DNA from: Mustelus asterias
Taxonomy: Eukaryota
Length of the DNA stretch: 64,000 nucleotides
Assembly: GCF_964213995.1 (NCBI RefSeq)
Contig: NC_135808.1
Coordinates: 23,622,001-23,686,000, forward strand
Direction of reading: 5' to 3'
Shown: positions 25,882-39,914 of the stretch, piece by piece
Layout: each line of letters starts with the position of its first letter
Position numbering within the stretch: the stretch's first letter is position 1
Notes under the pieces: generated by a model
The model's database searches: none
Told to the model about the DNA's origin: nothing
Seen by the model: the letters and a program-made list of their open reading frames with translations, nothing else
Translations under genes and position numbers: made by a program

Positions 25882-25986
25882 CTTTCTTGTTGTAGATGAT
25901 GACAGCCACAATGATGAGAGCGATGAGCACGAGGACCCCGACCACAATCCCGACAGAAACAGCAACCTGGGAGCGAGACTTTGGTT
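25882..25986 (-). pseudogene. MHC class I exon 5 (connecting peptide and transmembrane)
   Basis: aacag acceptor, EPKSRSQVAVSVGIVVGVLVLIALIIVAVIIYNKK, GTAGGA donor; 105 bp. Confidence 0.85.
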
Positions 25987-26464
25987 CTGTTAGAGAGAGA
26001 GAATCAGAGAGACTGAGTGAATCAGGGAGAGGGAAAAGTGAGAATCAGAGAGAGAGAGAGAATGTGAGAGGAAGAGAGGAGAGAGAATGAGAGAGGAAGA
26101 GAGGAGAGAGAACCTGAGAATGATGGAGAGAGAGTGAATTAGAGAGCGAGAGAGACAATCAGAAAACATAGAATACCTGACTCAGAACCTGGCCATTTGG
26201 CCCATCTAGTTGATGCTGGTGTTTATGCTCCATTTGATCCTCCTCCCATCATCCCTCATCGAAACTGACCATCTTAACTACATATTTCCTCCTCATTCAT
26301 TCCCCTTAAACTATACTGTTCACTTCAACCACTCCCTGTGGCAGCGAGCTCCACATTCACATCACTCTTTGAGTAAAGAAGTTTCTCTTGAATTCCCTAT
26401 TGGGTTTCTTGGTGACCATCTTGTATTGCTGACCCCGAGTTACATTCTTCCCACAAGACCATCA

Positions 26465-27440
26465 TCATAGAAACCCTACAGTGCAGAAGGAGGCCATTCG
26501 GCCCATCGAGTCTGCACCGACCACAATCCCACCCAGGACCTACCCCCACATACTTACCCGCTAATCCCTCTAACTACGCATCTCAGGGACAATTTTTAAC
26601 CTGGCCAATCAACCTAACCTGCACATCTTTGGACTGTGGGAGGAAACTGGAGCACCCAGAGGAAACCCACGCAGACCATAAGACCATAAGACCATAAGAC
26701 ATAGGAGCGGAAGTAAGGCCATTCGGCCCATCAAGTCCACTCCACCATTCAATCATGGTTGATTTCAACTCCATTTACCCGCTCTCTCCCCATAGCCCTT
26801 AATTCCTCGAGAAATCAAGAATTTATCAATTTCTGTCTTGAAGACGCTCAACGTCTCGGCCTCCACAGCCCTCTGTGGCAATGAATTCCACAGACCCACC
26901 ACTCTCTGGCTGAAGAAATTTCTCCTCATCTCTGTTCTAAAGTGACTCCCTTTTATTCTAAGGCTGTGCCCCCGCGTCCTAGTCTCCCCTGTTAATGGAA
27001 ACAACTTCCCTACGTCCATCCTATCTAAGCCGTTCATTATCTTGTAAGTTTCTATCAGATCTCCCCTCAACCTCCTAAACTCCAATGAATATAATCCCAC
27101 GATCCTCAGACGTTCATCGTATGTCAGGCCTACCATTCCTGGGATCATCCGTGTGAATCTCCGCTGGACCTGCTCCAGTGCCAGTATGTCCTTCCTGAGG
27201 TGTGGGGCCCAAAATTGCTCACAGTACTCCAAATGGGGCCTAACCAGTGCTTTATAAAGCCTCAGAAGTACATCCCTGCTTTTGTATTCCAAGCCTCTTG
27301 AGATAAATGACAACATTACATTTGCAGACATGAGGAGAATGTGCAAACTCCACACAGACAGTGACCCGAGCCGGGAATCGAACCCAGGATCCTGGAGCTG
27401 TGAAGCAGCAGTGCTAACCACTGTGCTACCGTGCCGCCCA
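26465..27440 (-). mobile_element. HE1 SINE interrupted by a young CR1 3' fragment (26678-27322)
   Basis: SINE halves flank CR1 RT C-terminus (RPHLEYCEQFW); gcagac duplicated at both junctions; (ccataaga)n tail. Confidence 0.88.
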
Positions 27441-28560
27441 AGAGGAAACATTCTTTCTGTGTCCAGTCTATAAAAACCTTTCCTAATTTTAAATCTTCGA
27501 TTAGGTCAACCCTCAGCCCTCTGTTTTCCTGAGAGCAGAGACCCAGCCAGTCAATCCTTCACTGAGATGTCCACCCACTCATTCCTTGAATCATCTCTGT
27601 AAATCTTCTCTATGTCCTCTCCTGTGAGTAAAAACCCTTCTGTAAAATGGTGACTGGAACTGCACACAGTCTGTAAATGTGGTCTAATCATGATTTGATA
27701 ACGGTTTAGCAATAACTTCCGTGCTTTACAATTCTATCCCTCCAGAAATAAAGACTGATTTTCCATTTATTTTGTTCATGGCCTTGCCTAACCTGTTGCG
27801 GATTGGTTTAGCTTAAACAGAAATCCCTTTGTTCCTCAACCCCATCCAGCCCGGCACCTCCCAAGTAATAAGTGACCTCCCTATTCACCCCTAATAGAAA
27901 ACTACCTCATGTTTATCTGTGCTGAACTCCATTCACCAATTATTTGCCCATTCTACAAGTTTATTAATGTTCTATTATTTTGTAGCATATCGAATGATTC
28001 ATCCCAATTTGGTGACCTGAGCAAATTGAGAAATTGTGTTTCGATTCCAATGTCCAAATAAGTGAGTGTAAAGTGTGAACAGCGGTGATTCCAGCATTGA
28101 TCACTGCGGAACACCATTTCCCACCTTCTGTCACTCCTGGTGAACCTTCCTTGCACTCTCTCCAAAGCTTCTACGTCCTTCCGATAGGGTGGTGACCAGA
28201 ACAGCACAAAATACTCCAAATACGGCCTAATCAAGGTTTTATATGGCTGCAACATGATTTCCCAACTCTTGGACTCAATGCCCCAGCTGATAAAGGCAAG
28301 CATGCCAAATGATTTCTTAATCACCTTGGCCATTTGTGTTGCCACTTTTAGGTAACTGTGGACCTGCACACCCAGATCCCTCTGTATGTTAATGTACCGA
28401 AGAGTTCTACTATTTACAGTATAATTCACACCTACATTTGAACCTCCAAAATGCATCACCTCGTATCAATCCAGATTAAACTCCATCTCCCATTTTTGTG
28501 CCCAAGTCTCCAATCTATCTATATCCTGTTGTATCCTCTGACAATCCCCGGCACTATCAC
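27440..28560 (-). mobile_element. Older CR1 fragments
   Basis: ORF 27953-28459(-) MHFGGSN...RPYLEYFVLFWSP. Confidence 0.75.
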
Positions 28561-28774
28561 TGTCAATTGTCAGAAAAAAAATCATCTGGGTTCAATAATG
28601 TCCTTTGGGAAAATAATCTGCCGTCCTTACCTGGTCTGGCCTACATGTCACTTCAGATCCACAGCAATGTGGTTGACTCTCAAATGCCCTCCGGACAAGG
28701 GCAACTAGGGGTGGGCAATAAATGCTGGCCAGTCAGCAACACCCACGTCCCACAAATGAATTTTTAAAATTTAG

Positions 28775-31700
28775 CAAGGACTGGTCCTTCTTAAGTCCAC
28801 GGTCAAATCTTTTTTTGTGGCACTGGGAGAGTCTCGAAAAAAAAATCATTGTCATTACAGACTCTTCCACTGGGGATCCCACCGATCGGATATCTGCTAA
28901 TGATAGTCGGCTCAAGGCCGCCTGGACAGTGTTCCAATTGGTAATTGTAGGCGGTCAGTAATAAAGCCCACTGCTGGATTCGGGCTGATGTTATGGGCAA
29001 CACTGCCTTGTCCTCTTTAAACAGTCCCAGGAGTGGCTTGTGGTCTGTGTCTTAATGACAAATTTCTGCCCATAATGGCGCTGGTGGAATCTTTTCACTC
29101 CTAATATCACCGCCAACCCTTCTTTTTCGACATAGGCTTTTTTGCAATAGTCAAGGTCCTGGGAGCATAAGCAATTCCACTCTGTTTGGCTACCGATGTG
29201 CCAAAGCCACCATGAAGCCAGACAAGGATGTGTCGCAGGTCAGTAATAGTTCTTTCCTGGGATCATAATGCGCCAGAATATTAAAAGAGGAAAGTTGTTG
29301 CTTTACTTTATTGAAAGCCAAGGATTGACTGGAAGACGACTCTCAAGGCTGATCTTTTTTTAGTAGGTGGTGTAATGGAGCCAGGATGGAGGCAAGATTG
29401 GGTTTAAATTTCCCAAATAGGTTATTGTTATGAAGCAGAGGTTGATCCCCCTCTGAGAACTAAGGCCCAACCACTCAAAGAGGAGCACCTCGCCATAATC
29501 TGTAAAAGTGAGTGTGAAGTGGTACAATCTGCTCTTCAGCAACTTTTACTGGTTCAATCAAAATAACTCCCTGACACACACTCTCAAAAATCAACAAGTA
29601 ACAATTTATTTATCTAACTAACAGTGAACAAGTTAACTAAACTATTAACAAACTGAATAAAATGATTCAAATGGAATGCTGTTCAGGTGAATACAATTCC
29701 CACTTATTAACAAAGTTTTTGTGTCTTCCAGAATATTTGGGCTTTCTCTGTTGATTCTTCTGCCTGGAACTTCTTTCTTCTTTGTACCTTTGCTATTGAG
29801 ATGGAGCTTTCTCTTGGGGGAACCTGGATTACACATTTTTTCCCTTCGTAGGCGTACACCTGCCTTGAAAAATTGACTGAGAACTTCCTCAAGGTTCTTT
29901 AAGTGTTCCTTTTTTTTCCAGTTAAGAGGATGTCATCCAGATATGTAGCAAACTGAGGTAGACTTTGCAAAATGTTCTCCATCGTTCGCTGGAAGGTTGA
30001 ACAGGGTGACTATACCCCAAATGGCAGACAAGTGGATCGCTCAGGGCCCTTCTGAGGATGAATTGTTGAATATCTCTGGGAATCGTCATCTAGTTGTAAT
30101 TGTAAGTAAGCGTGACTCATATCAAGTTTCACAAACAAGAGTCATCCTTCCAACCAGCTGCAAGAAACAGTTTACCGTTTGTTTAGGATCCCCGCAAACA
30201 TGGAATGATCCATCTGGCTTCAAAATTGGTAAGACTGGTGCTGCCCATTCCACAAATTGGACTGGTTTGATGATCCCTTCACGTTCCAGTCTTTGGATTT
30301 CTGCTTCAACTTTTACCCGTAAGTCAAATGGTGCTGGGCGGGCCTTGCAAAATTGTGGAATCACTTCCTCGTCAACAGGTAAGGTCGCCTTGGCTCCTTT
30401 GATTGTCCCAAGACCTTCCTCGAAAGCTTTAGCGTACTTAGGCAGGACTTCACTAAGGCAGCCTTTCTCTGGCTGAAGATGTTGAGCCAAGGTGGATTTC
30501 TTGCAACCAATTTCACACCATTAGGCTTCCCCATGCCCTCACTACAATCATTGGTAACCGAACCAGCTGCCTTTCATGGGAGACAGGGTCAGAGGTTCCA
30601 CTCAAAATTCAGAAAGTTACCCCTATACAGGTTCCCTATCTTGCTGAGGTCTTCAGTAACAATAAACACTCGAGTCCATAGTGAATTTTATGGAACGCTG
30701 ATTCTCTGAACACTGATACTGCCGCACCGATATCAACCTCCATTAGTACCAGATGTCCACTTAACCAGACGTTAATCTTGATTTGATCTGATTTGGACGT
30801 CGATATGCAATTTAATTGCTCTAAATCAGATGTAGGTGGATCTTCCCAGGGTGTGAACACTCCTGGATACCGGACTGCAAGTTGCTTTACTAATTCTAAG
30901 TCCTGTAGGACACCTTTGCTGTTGCTATCAGGTAGGACTTGTGACTGTTTGGTCGAAGTTTGGCTTTGCTTTGGGCAGACCTGGAGTTACGTGTATCTGG
31001 ATACTCCCTGAGGGAGGCTATGTAATTGCCTGCTCTCAAATAGTGAACTCAGCCGGACTGGCGTGGGTGTCCTCTTCGGGATAGGTTGCAACTCATATGT
31101 TCCACATGCAGCATTTTCCAATGGTAAAACCTGCTGTAGCACCTGTTTGAAGTCCAGTTGTGCTTCAGCTAATAGGCATTCTTGAATAGTCACATTATTA
31201 ATACCGCACACCAGACAGTCTCTAAGCATCTTAAGAGTTAAAATAAATTCACATCCTTTCGTCAGTTGTCTTAACCTAGTTACGAAACCCGTAACAGATT
31301 GTTTAGTATAAACAATACTGTTTCAAAATTAGAGGTGGCTTGGGGTTGTAGCATTCTCCAACTACCTCAGGCAATTCTTGAAAGGTTTTGGTATCTGGTG
31401 CCTCAGGGAAAGTTTAACTCCAAATGACAGCAAACGCTCAAGCACCACAGCATTCACAGCACCCTTTGTTTTTCATCTGCCATAATGTCATTTGCCCGAA
31501 AAAAATAATGCATGTGATCCACACCTTGGGCCCAGTTCTCGACAGCAGGGTTGAACGAGACTAGTTTTCCAAACAAAGGAATGATGCAGAAGAATGGCTT
31601 ATCCCAACTTCGGCCAAATTTTACAAGTTCCATCAGGGTCGTCACTCAAATAACTCCCACAAGGCTGGTGTCCCTTCACCAAATTTAGATTCATTAACAT
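28775..31700 (-). mobile_element. Degenerate Ty3/Gypsy (Mag-like) LTR retrotransposon: gag, protease, RT, RNase H remnants
   Basis: MLRDCLVCGIN (gag), MEVDIGAAVS (protease), FCKARPAPF...WAAPVLPILKPDGSFHVCGD (RT), ARIQQWALLLTAYNY (RNase H); LTR-like sequence appears to resume near 38995-39495. Confidence 0.85.
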
Positions 31701-31704
31701 AGCG

Positions 31705-32817
31705 TCATAGAGTCATAGAGGTTTACAGCATGGAAACAGGCCCTTCGGCCCAACTTGTCCATGCCGCCCCTTTTTTAAAAATCTCCTAAACTAATCCCAA
31801 TTGTCCGCATTTGGCCCATATCCCGCTATACCCATCGTACCTATGGAACTATCTAAATGCTTTTTAAAAGACAAAATTGTACCCGCCTGTATACTACCTC
31901 TGGCAGCTTGTTCCAGACACTCACCACCCTCTGTGTGAAAACATTGCCCCTCTGGACACTTTTGTATCTCTCCCCGCTCACCTTAAACCTATGCCCTCTA
32001 GTTTTAGATTCCCCTACATTTGGGAAAAGATATTGACTATCACCTTGTCTCTGCCCCTCATTATTTTATAGACTCTATAAGATCACCCCTCAGCCTCCTA
32101 CGCTCCAGAGAAAAAAGTCCCAGTCTATCCAAACTCTCCTTATAACTCAATCCATCAAGTCCTGGTAGCATCCTAGTAAATCTTTTCTGCACGCTTTCTA
32201 GTTTCATAATATCCTTTCTATAATAGGGTGACCAGAATTGCACACAGTATTCCAAGTGTGGCCTTACGAATGTCTTATGTAACTTCAACAAGACATTCCA
32301 ACTCCTGTATTCAATGTTTTGACCGATGAAACCAAGCATGCCGAATGCTTTCTTCACCACTCTGTCCACCTGTGACTCCACTTTCAAGGAGCTATGAACA
32401 TGTACCCCAAGATGACTTTGTTCTGTAACTCTCCCCAATGCCCTACCATTAACTGAGTAAGTCCTGCCCTGGTTCAATCTACCAAAATGCATCAGCTTGC
32501 ATTTGTATAAATTAAACACCATCTGCCATTCGTCAGCCCACTGGCCCAATTGATCAAGATCCCGTTGCAATTGGAGATAACTTTCTTCACTGTCCACTAT
32601 GCCACCAATCTTCATGTCATCTGCAAACTTACTAACCACGCCTCCAATATTCTCATCCAAATCATTAATATCAATGACAAATAACAGTGGACCCAGCACT
32701 GATCCCTGAGGCACACCGCTGATCACAGGCCTCCAGTTTGAAAAACAATTCTCTACAACCATCCTCTGGCTTCTGTCAAGAAGCCAATTTTGTGTCCATT
32801 TAGATACCTCACCCTAG
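31705..32817 (-). mobile_element. CR1 LINE 3' fragment (continues at 38921-38990)
   Basis: ORF 32061-32762(-) RT; ctcaccctaga|tctcgtgag is restored when 32820-38920 is removed. Confidence 0.9.
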
Positions 32818-32819
32818 AA

Positions 32820-35800
32820 TCCCAGGGGGACCAATATCCTGGCGGGAAGGTTGGCTAAGGCTACTGGAGAGACTTTAAACTAGAAAGATTGGGGGGAGGG
32901 AATCGAAATGAGGGGACTGAGAGCGAGGAGGTTAGCTCGCAAATAGATAAGGAATGTAGACAGGGTAAGAGGGAGGTTAGACGAGTGATGGAGAAGGGAA
33001 GTGCTCAGGCTGAAGGTCTGAGATGTGTCTATTTTAATGCCAGGAGTGTAGTGAATAAAGTGGATGAGCTTAGAGCGTGGATTGCTGCTTCGAATTGTGA
33101 TGTGGTGGCCATTACGGAGACTTGGATGTCTCAGGGACAGGACTGGGTGCTTCAGGTGCCGGGTTTTAGATGTTTCAAGAAGGACAGGGAGGGAGGCAAG
33201 AGAGGGGGGGGAGTGGCACTGTTGATCAGGGATAGTGTCACGGCTGTAGAGAAGGTGGACGCCGTGGAGGGATTGACTACGGAGTCTCTGTGGGTGGAGG
33301 TTAGGAACAGGAAGGGGTCGGTAACTTTGCTGGGTGTTTTCTATAGGCCGCCCAATAGTAACAGAGATGTTGAGGAGCAGATGGGGAAACAGATCCTGGA
33401 GAGATGTAGGAATAACAGAGTTGTCGTGATGGGAGATTTTAATTTCCCAAACATAGATTGGAATATCCCTAGGGCTAGGGGTTTGGATGGAGAGGAGTTT
33501 GTTAGGTGTGTCCAGGAGAGTTTCCTGACACAGTATGTGGATAAGCCTACTAGAGGAGAGGCTGTACTTGATCTGGTGCTGGCTAATGAATCTGGACAGG
33601 TGGAGGATCTCTCGGTGGGTGAGCATCTTGGGGATAGCGATCATAATTCTATCTCCTTCACGATAGCATTGGAAAGAGATAGGATCAGGCAGGCTAGGAA
33701 AGTGTTTCTCTGGAGTAAAGGGAAATACAGTGTCATCAGGGAGGAAATTAGACGGGTAAATTGGAAGGAGGCATTCTTGGGGAAAAGTACCGAAGGAAAG
33801 TGGAGGATTTTCAAGGAATGTTTGTCTGGAGCTCTGCATGACAACGTTCCGATGAGACAGGGGGGTGTTGGTAGGGTACGGGAACCGTGGTGCACGAAGG
33901 TTGTGATGAACCTGGTGAATAAGAAAAGAGAGGCGTACAGAAGGTTCAGAGAGCTAGGAGGTGTTAAGGATTTAGAGGAGTATACGGGATGTAGGAAGGA
34001 GCTTAAGAAGGAAATTAGGAGAGCAAGAAGGGGTCATGAGAAGACCTTGGCGGGTAAGATTAAAGAGAATCCCAAGGCTTTCTACAAATATGTCAAGAGT
34101 AAAAGGATGAGATGTGAAGGCATAGGACCCTTAAAAGGTGAAGGGGGAAAAGTTTGTGCGGAACCGTTAGAAATGGCGGAGGTGCTTAATGAATACTTTA
34201 CCTCGGTATTCAAGGTGGAAAGGGATCTGGGTGGTTGTACTGCTGGTTTGCGGTGGACAGAAAGGATCGAGCATGTGGACATAAAGAAAGAGGATGTGTT
34301 GGAACTATTGAATGGCATCAAGGTTGGTAAGTCGCCGGGACCGGATGGGATGTACCCCAGGTTACTGTGGGAGGCGAGGGAGGAGATTGCGGAGCCTTTG
34401 GCGATGATCTTTGCATCGTCGATGGAGACGGGAGAGGTTCCGGAGGATTGGAGGATTGCAGATGTGGTCCCTATAGTCAAGAAAGGGAACAGGGACAGCC
34501 CGGGAAATTACCGACCGGTGAGTCTAACCTCAGTGGTTGGTAAGTTGATGGAGAGGATCCTGAGAGACAGGATTTATGATAATCTAGAGAAGTTTAGTAT
34601 GATCAAAAGTAGTCAGCACGGCTTTGTCAAGGGCAGGTCGTGCCTTACGAGCCTGGTTGAGTTCTTTGAAAATGTGACCAAACACATTGACGAAGGAAGA
34701 GCGGTGGATGTGGTCTATATGGACTTCAGCAAGGCGTTCGATAAGGTCCCCCATGCAAGACTTCTTGAGAAAGTGAGAGGGCATGGGATCCAAGGGGCTG
34801 TTGCCTTGTGGATCCAGAACTGGCTTGCCTGCAGAAGGCAGAGAGTGGCTGTGGAGGGGTCTTTCTCTGCATGGAGGTCAGTGACCAGTGGAGTGCCCCA
34901 GGGATCTGTTCTGGGACCCTTGCTGTTTGTCATTTTCATAAATGACCTGGATGAGGAAGTGGAGGGATGGGTTGGTAAGTTTGCTGACGACACCAAGGTA
35001 GGTGGTGTTGTGGATAGTTTGGAGGGATGTCAGAAGTTGCAGCGAGACATAGATAGAATGCAAGACTGGGCGGAGAAGTGGCAGATGGACTTCAACCCGG
35101 ATAAGTGTGTAGTGATCCATTTTGGCAGATCCAATGGGATGAAGCAGCAGTATAATATGAAGGGTACCATTCTTAGCAGTGTAGAGGATCAGAAGGACCT
35201 TGGGGTCCGGGTCCATAGGACTCTTAAATCGGCCTCGCAGGTGGAGGATGCGGTCAAGAAGGCGTACGGCGTACTAGCCTTCATTAATCGAGGGATTGAG
35301 TTTAGGAGTCGGGAGATAATGCTGCAGCTTTATAGGACCCTGGTTAGACCCCACTTGGAGTACTGCGCGCAGTTCTGGTCACCTCATTACAGGAAAGATG
35401 TTGAAGCCATTGAAAGGGTGCAGAGGAGATTTACAAGGATGTTGCCTGGATTGGGGGGCATGCCTTATGAGGATAGGTTGAGGGAGCTTGGTCTCTTCTC
35501 CCTGGAGAGACGAAGGATGAGAGGTGACCTGATAGAGGTTTACAAGATGTTGAGAGGTCTGGATAGGGTAGACTATCAGAGGCTATTTCCAAGGGCTGAA
35601 ATGGTTGCTACGAGAGGACACAGGTTTAAGGTGCTGGGGGGTAGGTACAGAGGAGATGTCAGGGGTAAGTTTTTCACTCAGAGGGTGGTGGGTGAGCGGA
35701 ATCGGCTGACAAAGAACAAAGAACAAAGAACAGTACAGCACAGGAAACAGGCCCTTCGGCCCTCCAAGCCTGTGCCGCTCCTTGGTCCAACTAGACCAAT

Positions 35801-38800
35801 CGTTTGTATCCCTCCATTCCCAGGCTGCTCATGTGACTATCCAGGTAAGTCTTAAACGATGTCAGCGTGCCTGCCTCCACCACCCTACTTGGCAGCGCAT
35901 TCCAGGCCCCCACCACCCTCTGTGTAAAAAACGTCCCTCTGATGTCTGAGTTATACTTCGCCCCTCTCAGCTTGAGCCCATGACCCCTCGTGATCGTCAC
36001 CTCCGACCTGGGAAAAAGCTTCCCACTGTTCACCCTATCTATACCCTTCATAATCTTGTATACCTCTATTAGATCTCCCCTCATTCTCCGTCTTTCCAAG
36101 GAGAACAACCCCAGTCTACCCAATCTCTCCTCATAGCTAAGACCCTGGCAACATCCTGGTAAACCTTCTCTGCACTCTCTCCAATGCCTCCACGTCCTTC
36201 TGGTAGTGCGGCGACCAGAACTGGACGCAGTATTCCAAATGCGGCCTAACCAGCGTTCTATACAGCTGCATCATCAGACTCCAGCTTTTATACTCTATAC
36301 CCCGTCCTATAAAGGCAAGCATACCATATGCCTTCTTCACCACCTTCTCCACCTGTGTTGCCACCTTCAAGGATTTGTGGACTTGCACACCTAGGTCCCT
36401 CTGTGTTTCTATACTCCTGATGACTCTGCCATTTATTGCATAACTCCTCCCTACATTATTTCTTCCAAAATGCATCACTTCGCATTTATCCGGATTAAAT
36501 TCCATCTGCCACCTCTCCGCCCAATTTTCCAGCCTATCTATATCCTGCTGTATTGCCCAACAATGCTCTTCGCTATCCGCAATTCCAGCCATCTTTGTGT
36601 CATCCGCAAACTTGCTGATTACACCAGTTACACCTTCTTCCAAATCATTTATATATATCACAAATAGCAGAGGTCCCAGTACAGAGCCCTGCGGAACACC
36701 ACTGGTCACAGACCTCCAGCCGGAAAAAGACCCTTCGACCACTACCCTCTGTCTCCTATGGCCAAGCCAGTTCTCCACCCATCGAGCCACTTCTCCTTGT
36801 ATTCCATGAGCCTTAACCTTCTTAACCAACCTGCCATGTGGGACTTTGTCAAATGCCTTACTGAAATCCATATAGACGACATCCACGGCCCTTCCTTCAT
36901 CAACCGTTTTTGTCACTTCCTCAAAAAACTCCACCAAATTTGTAAGGCACGACCTCCCTCTTACAAAACCATGCTGTCTGTCACTAATGAGATTGTTCCG
37001 TTCTAAATGCACATACATCCTGTCTCTAAGAATCCTCTCCAACAACTTCCCTACCACGGACGTCAAGCTCACCGGCCTATAATTTCCTGGGTTATCCCTG
37101 CTACCCTTCTTAAACAACGGGACCACATTCGCTATCCTCCAATCCTCAGGGACCTCACCCGTGTCCAAAGAAGCGACAAAGATTTCCGTCAGAGGCCCAG
37201 CAATTTCCTCTCTCGTCTCCCTGAGCAGTCGAGGATAGATGCCATCAGGCCCTGGGGCTTTGTCAGTTTTAATGTTCCCTAAAAAACCTAACACTTCCTC
37301 TCTCGTAATGGAGATTTTCTCTAACGGGTCAACACCTCCCTCCAAGACACGCCCGGTTAACACGCCCCTCTCCTTCGTGAATACCGATGCAAAGTATTCA
37401 TTTAGGATCTCCCCTATTCCCTTGGGTTCTAAGCATAATTCCCCTCCTTTGTCCCTGAGAGGTCCGATTTTCTCCCTGACAACTCTTTTGTTCCTAACGT
37501 ATGAATAGAATGCCTTAGGATTCTCCTTAATCCTGCCTGCCAAGAACATCTCGTGCCCTCTTTTTGCCCTTCTAACTCCCCGTTTGAGATCTTTCCTACT
37601 CTCTCTGTATTCCTCCAGAGCTCCATCTGTTTTCAGTTGCCTGGACCTAACGTACGCCTCCCTTTTCATTTTAATCAGATCCTCAATTTCCCTGGTTATC
37701 CACGGCTCTCGAATCCTACCTTTCCTATCTTTCCTTTTTACAGGCACATGCCTATCCTGCAGCTTTATCAATAGTTCCTTAAAAGACTCCCACATGCCAG
37801 ACGCGGACTTACCCTCGAACATCCTCTCCCAATCAACATCCACCAATTCCTGCCTAATCCGGCTATAGTCAGCCTTCCCCCAATTTAGCACCCTGCCCGT
37901 AGGACAGCACTCATCCTTGTCCATTACTATCCTAAAGTTAACAGAGTTGTGGTCACTATTTGCCACATGTTCCCCTACCGAAACTTTGACGACCTGACCG
38001 GGCTCATTTCCCAGAACTAGGTCCAGTATAGCCCCCTCTCTAGTCGGGCTATCTACATACTGTTCCAAAGAACCTTCCAGTACGCATTTTACAAATTCCT
38101 CCCCGTCCGGTCCCCCAGCTCTAAGCACTTTCCAGTCTGTGCCAGGGAAATTAAAGTCCCCCACTCCAACAACCCTATTTTTTCTGCACCTATCCAGAAT
38201 CTCCTGACATATCCTTTCCTCCACTTCCCGTGGGCTGTTGGGTGGTCTGTAGTACACCCCCAGCATAGTGACTGCACCCTTCCTGTTTCTGAGTTCCACC
38301 CACAGCGACTCAGTACATGACCCCTCTAAGTTGTCTACCCTCTGCACCACGGTAATATGCTCCTTAACTAATATCGCTACTCCCCCACCTTTTTTAGCCC
38401 CTCCTCTGTCTCGCCTAAAACACTGATACCCCGGAATATTCAGCTGCCAGTCCTGTCCTTCTTTTAACCAAGTTTCCGTCACCGCAACCACATTCAAATT
38501 CCGCACAAGCATTAAGGCCCTAAGTTCGTCTGTTTTACCCGTTACACTCCTCGCATTGAAGCAGATGCACTCCAGACCTCCAGGCCCAGTCAGGTCCTCC
38601 TCCTCCAGAGTGCTCCTCTTCTTAGCTAGCCTTGCCCTGGCCCCCAGCTCGACCCCAGCCTCAGTATTTACTGACCTCCTGTTTTGTTCCCCACCCCCCT
38701 GCCACACTAGTTTAAATCCTGCCGAAACACTCGAGCAGGACGTCGGTGGTGGTGGAGGCAAACTCGTTGGGGTCTTTTAAGAGACTTCTGGATGAGTACA

Positions 38801-38920
38801 TGGGATTTAATGGGATTGAGGGCTATAGATAGGCCGAGAGGTAGGGATATGATCGGCGCAACTTGTGGGCCGAAGGGCCTGTTTGTGCTGTGGCTTTCTA
38901 TGTTCTATGTTCTATGTTCT
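32820..38920 (+). mobile_element. Young CR1 LINE with almost intact ORF2 (APE endonuclease and RT), split near its 3' end
   Basis: ORF 32889-35855: YFNARS, ITETW, GDFN, SDH, KFADDTK; native 3' end resumes near 38739 and ends in (ttctatg)n. Confidence 0.95.
35711..38738 (-). mobile_element. Young CR1 LINE (ORF1 end plus ORF2), one small deletion near 36140
   Basis: ORFs 36137-38761 and 35791-36123 with APE and RT motifs; (ttctttg)n tail. Confidence 0.95.
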
Positions 38921-39042
38921 AGATCTCGTGAGATTTAACCTTATGCAATAACCTACCATGCGGTACCTTGTCAAAGGCCTTGTCAAAGGCCTTTGTAAGC
39001 AACAAAGTAAGCAACTCTCAGACAGGTACTTCCTCATACTGG

Positions 39043-39352
39043 TGGCATGGTGGCACAGTGGTTAGCACTGCTGCCTAACAGCACCAGGGACCTGGGTTCA
39101 ATTACCGCTTGGATCACTGTCTGTGCAGAGTCTGCACATTCTCCCCGTGTCTGTGTGGGTTTCCTCCACGTGCTCCGCTTTCCTCCCACAGTCCAAACGT
39201 TGTGCTGGTTAGGTGCATTAGAAATGCTAAATTCTCCCTCAGTATACCCGAACAGGTGCCAGAATGTGGCGACTCGGGGATTTTCACAGTAACTTCATTG
39301 CAGTGTTAATGTAAGCCTACTTGTAACACTAATAAATAAACTTCAAACTTTA
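39043..39352 (+). mobile_element. tRNA-derived SINE with non-HER1 tail
   Basis: tggcacagtggttagc (A box), ggttcaatt (B box); tail gtaagcctacttgt...aataaataaact. Confidence 0.85.
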
Positions 39353-39914
39353 AACCCAGAGTGCGAGTAACGCTGACACTCCACATTATGAACACATGCA
39401 GGGCTCCCTGATTGGACAATCCATTACTGGCTTAATTTGGGAGCGAGTATTCTAAGAGGTCCACATCGTGGGCCTTGTTAAAGTCACTGCAGGTGGACCA
39501 CCCTATAATCCATCAACCTCCCCTTGAAAGAAACCTTCCATTAGACTGCTCATTCTGGACACATGTAAAACCCTCACATTTTTTTTATTGTGATCGGGCC
39601 CTGAACCCTCTTCCTTCTCCTTATCCCCCGTTCATTGTGTGAGTGCAGAGGGGTCAATGTTGTGAAACTTTTCTCATGTGTGTATTTTCATCTTACCTCA
39701 GGTTTACTGTGCAAGTTATTCACAGAGAATAGGAACACTCCAAATTTATGGGTTGGGGAAAAGATGCCACCATTTATAAAGAGGGAGCTCAGAATTTAAA
39801 ACAAAACTGACTGTTAGTGGACGAGTCATGAGGGGGGAAATCAGGGCAGTTTATACTGACAACCCCCCACCGCCTGTAACACAGGATTCACTGGGTCCTG
39901 CCATATTGTAATAT

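Noticed and set aside
32880-33839. 319-aa antisense ORF and other antisense ORFs over CR1 and Penelope elements
   Set aside because: Shadow frames of ORF2/RT with no independent motifs.
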